Below are positions 62,150 through 64,000 of a DNA stretch of 64,000 nt, one piece after another (position 1 is the stretch's first letter; every line of letters begins with the position of its first letter). The stretch spans positions 14,632,001-14,696,000 of the forward strand of contig NC_135887.1 of the NCBI RefSeq assembly GCF_964194155.1. The letters are read 5' to 3'. Origin of the DNA: Cetorhinus maximus (Eukaryota). The translations under genes were made by a program, and so were the position numbers. The notes beneath the pieces are model-generated. The model searched no databases, was not told the origin of the DNA, and saw nothing but the letters and a program-made list of their open reading frames with translations.

Positions 62150-63680
62150 ATTATGAACATACAAATTATAAGCAGGAGTAGGCCACTCAGCTTCTCAAGC
62201 TTGCTCCACCCTTCGATAAGGTCATGACTGATCTGAATGTAACCTCAATCCCACATTCCTGTCTACATCCCCTCACCCCCCCCCCCCACCCCAATAACCT
62301 TTCACCCCCTTGTTAGTCAAGAATCTATCTAGCTCTGCCTTAAAAATATTCAAAGACTCTGCTTCCACCGCCTTTTGAGGAAGAGAGTTCCAAAGACTCT
62401 TGATCCTCAGAAAAAAATTCTCTTAAATGAGCGACCCCTTATTATTAAACAGTGACCTCTCATTCTAGATTCTCCCACAAGAGGAAACATAATCTCCACA
62501 TCCACCCTGCCAAGACCCCTCAAGATTTTAAAGGTTTCAGTCAAGTCGCCTGTTACTCTTCTAAATTCCAGTGGATACAAGCCTAACCTGCCGAGCCTTT
62601 CCTCATAAGAAAACCTGCCCATTCCTGGTATTAGTCTAGTAAACCTTCTCTGAACTGCTCCTAATGCATTTCCATGTTTCTTTAAATAAGGAGACCAGTA
62701 CTATACACAGTATTCCAGATGTGGTCTCACCGGTGCCCTGTATAACTGAAGCATAACCTCCCTACTTTTGTATTCAATTCCCCTCACAATAAAATGATAA
62801 CATTCTATTAGCTTTGCTAATTACCTGCTGTACGTTTTGTGATTCGTGCACTAGGATACCCAGATCCCTCTGAATCTCAGAGCTCTGCAATCTCTCGCCA
62901 TTTAGATATAAGCTTTTTTATTCTTCCTACCAAAATGAACGATTTCACATTTGCCCACATTATACTCCATTAGCCAGATCTTTGCCAAAGTGACACTTAA
63001 CCTAAAACAAAAACAAAAATACCTGGAAAAACTCAGCGGGTCTAGCAGCATTTGCGGAGAGGAACACAGTTAACGTTTCGATTCTGTATGACTCTTCAAC
63101 AGAGCAGACTCGAAACGTTAACTGTGTTCCTCTCCGCAGATGCTGCCAGACCTGCTGAGTTTTTCCAGGTATTTTTATTTTTGTTTTGGATTTCTAGCAT
63201 CCGCAGTTTTTTTGCTTTTATGACACTTAACCTATCTGTGTCACTTTGTAGCCTCCTTACATCCTCTTCATAATTTACTTTCCTACCTATCTTGGTTTCG
63301 TCAGCAAATTTAGCAACCATTCCTTCGGTCCTTTCATCCAAGTCATTTATATAAATTGTAAAAAGTTGAGGCCCCAGCACTGATCCCTGTGGCACACCAC
63401 TCGTCACATCCTGCCAACCAGAAAAGACGCATTTATGCCAACTTTCTGCTTTCTGTTAGCTAACCAATCTTCTATCCACGCTGATATGTTACCCTCTACA
63501 CCATGCGCTTTTATTTTCTGCAATAACTTTTGATGTGGCACTTTATCAAATGCCTTCTGGAATCTTAGTACATCCACTGGTTCCCTTTTATCCACAGCAC
63601 ATGTGACTCCTTCAAAGAACTCCAATAAGTTGGTTAAACATGATTTCTCTTTTACAAAACCATTGTTGACTCTGCCTAAT
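62150..63680 (-). mobile_element. CR1 RT fragment with nested PLE derivative
   Basis: KSCLTNLLEFFE, SGVPQGSVLGP, KFADE, EERLGRLGLYPLE. Confidence 0.92.
63005..63220. mobile_element. Short fold-back PLE derivative inserted in a CR1
   Basis: Inverted arms of about 75 bp; TSD TGACACTTAACCTA at 62991-63004 and 63221-63234. Confidence 0.88.
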
Positions 63681-64000
63681 CGCCTTGAGTATAATTTGGG
63701 CAGAGCATAGCATCCAGAGATTTGAATAGTAAGGTGGGGCCAAAACAATGTAAAGGAATGATAAAGGCAGTACAAGGGTTGGGACTCTCTAGGGCAGTAG
63801 TGTTAGACTTTGGTAGTGCACGTGTCATTGAGGGTTGGAGGTTGGATGCACTCTTAGACAATAATGAGAGGTCTGCCTTGTAAAAGCAAAAGTTGAACTC
63901 TCACTCTAAGATCCTACCAGTTGCAATAAGGTATACTGAGGTCTGAAACTAAACACCAGCAAAACAATTCATGTATTTGCATGTTGTTGCCAGTTAGTTT

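Overview
This is eukaryotic DNA, about 64 kb of a vertebrate genome, most likely a shark judging from SacSINE1-like SINEs, abundant CR1 LINEs and Penelope elements. It holds three recognisable genes. (1) The first coding exon and promoter of SGSM2 (minus strand, 14858-14932); intron 1 runs off the left edge. (2) A complete TNFAIP1/BACURD2 gene (minus strand, six coding exons from 46938 to 37545, 319 aa, probable non-coding exon 1 near 56.4 kb). (3) The first coding exon of IFT20 (plus strand, 56954-57080), head-to-head with TNFAIP1 across a CpG-rich NRF1/ETS promoter. Much of the rest is transposon debris: CR1, L2, RTE-like, tRNA-derived SINEs, Harbinger-type MITEs and Penelope-like elements (PLEs). 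The most notable non-genic signal is a set of about 12 minimal hammerhead-ribozyme-like motifs with covarying stems in PLE terminal repeats. Several sit in ~200-bp fold-back non-autonomous PLE derivatives flanked by 14-15-bp target-site duplications (TSDs). Two weaker gene-like signals are a spliceable antisense two-exon ORF inside the IFT20 intron (61.45-61.98 kb) and decayed exon-like remnants at 22.9-26.7 kb. Gene and repeat names come from recalled sequence similarity; no database search was run, and repeat boundaries are approximate.
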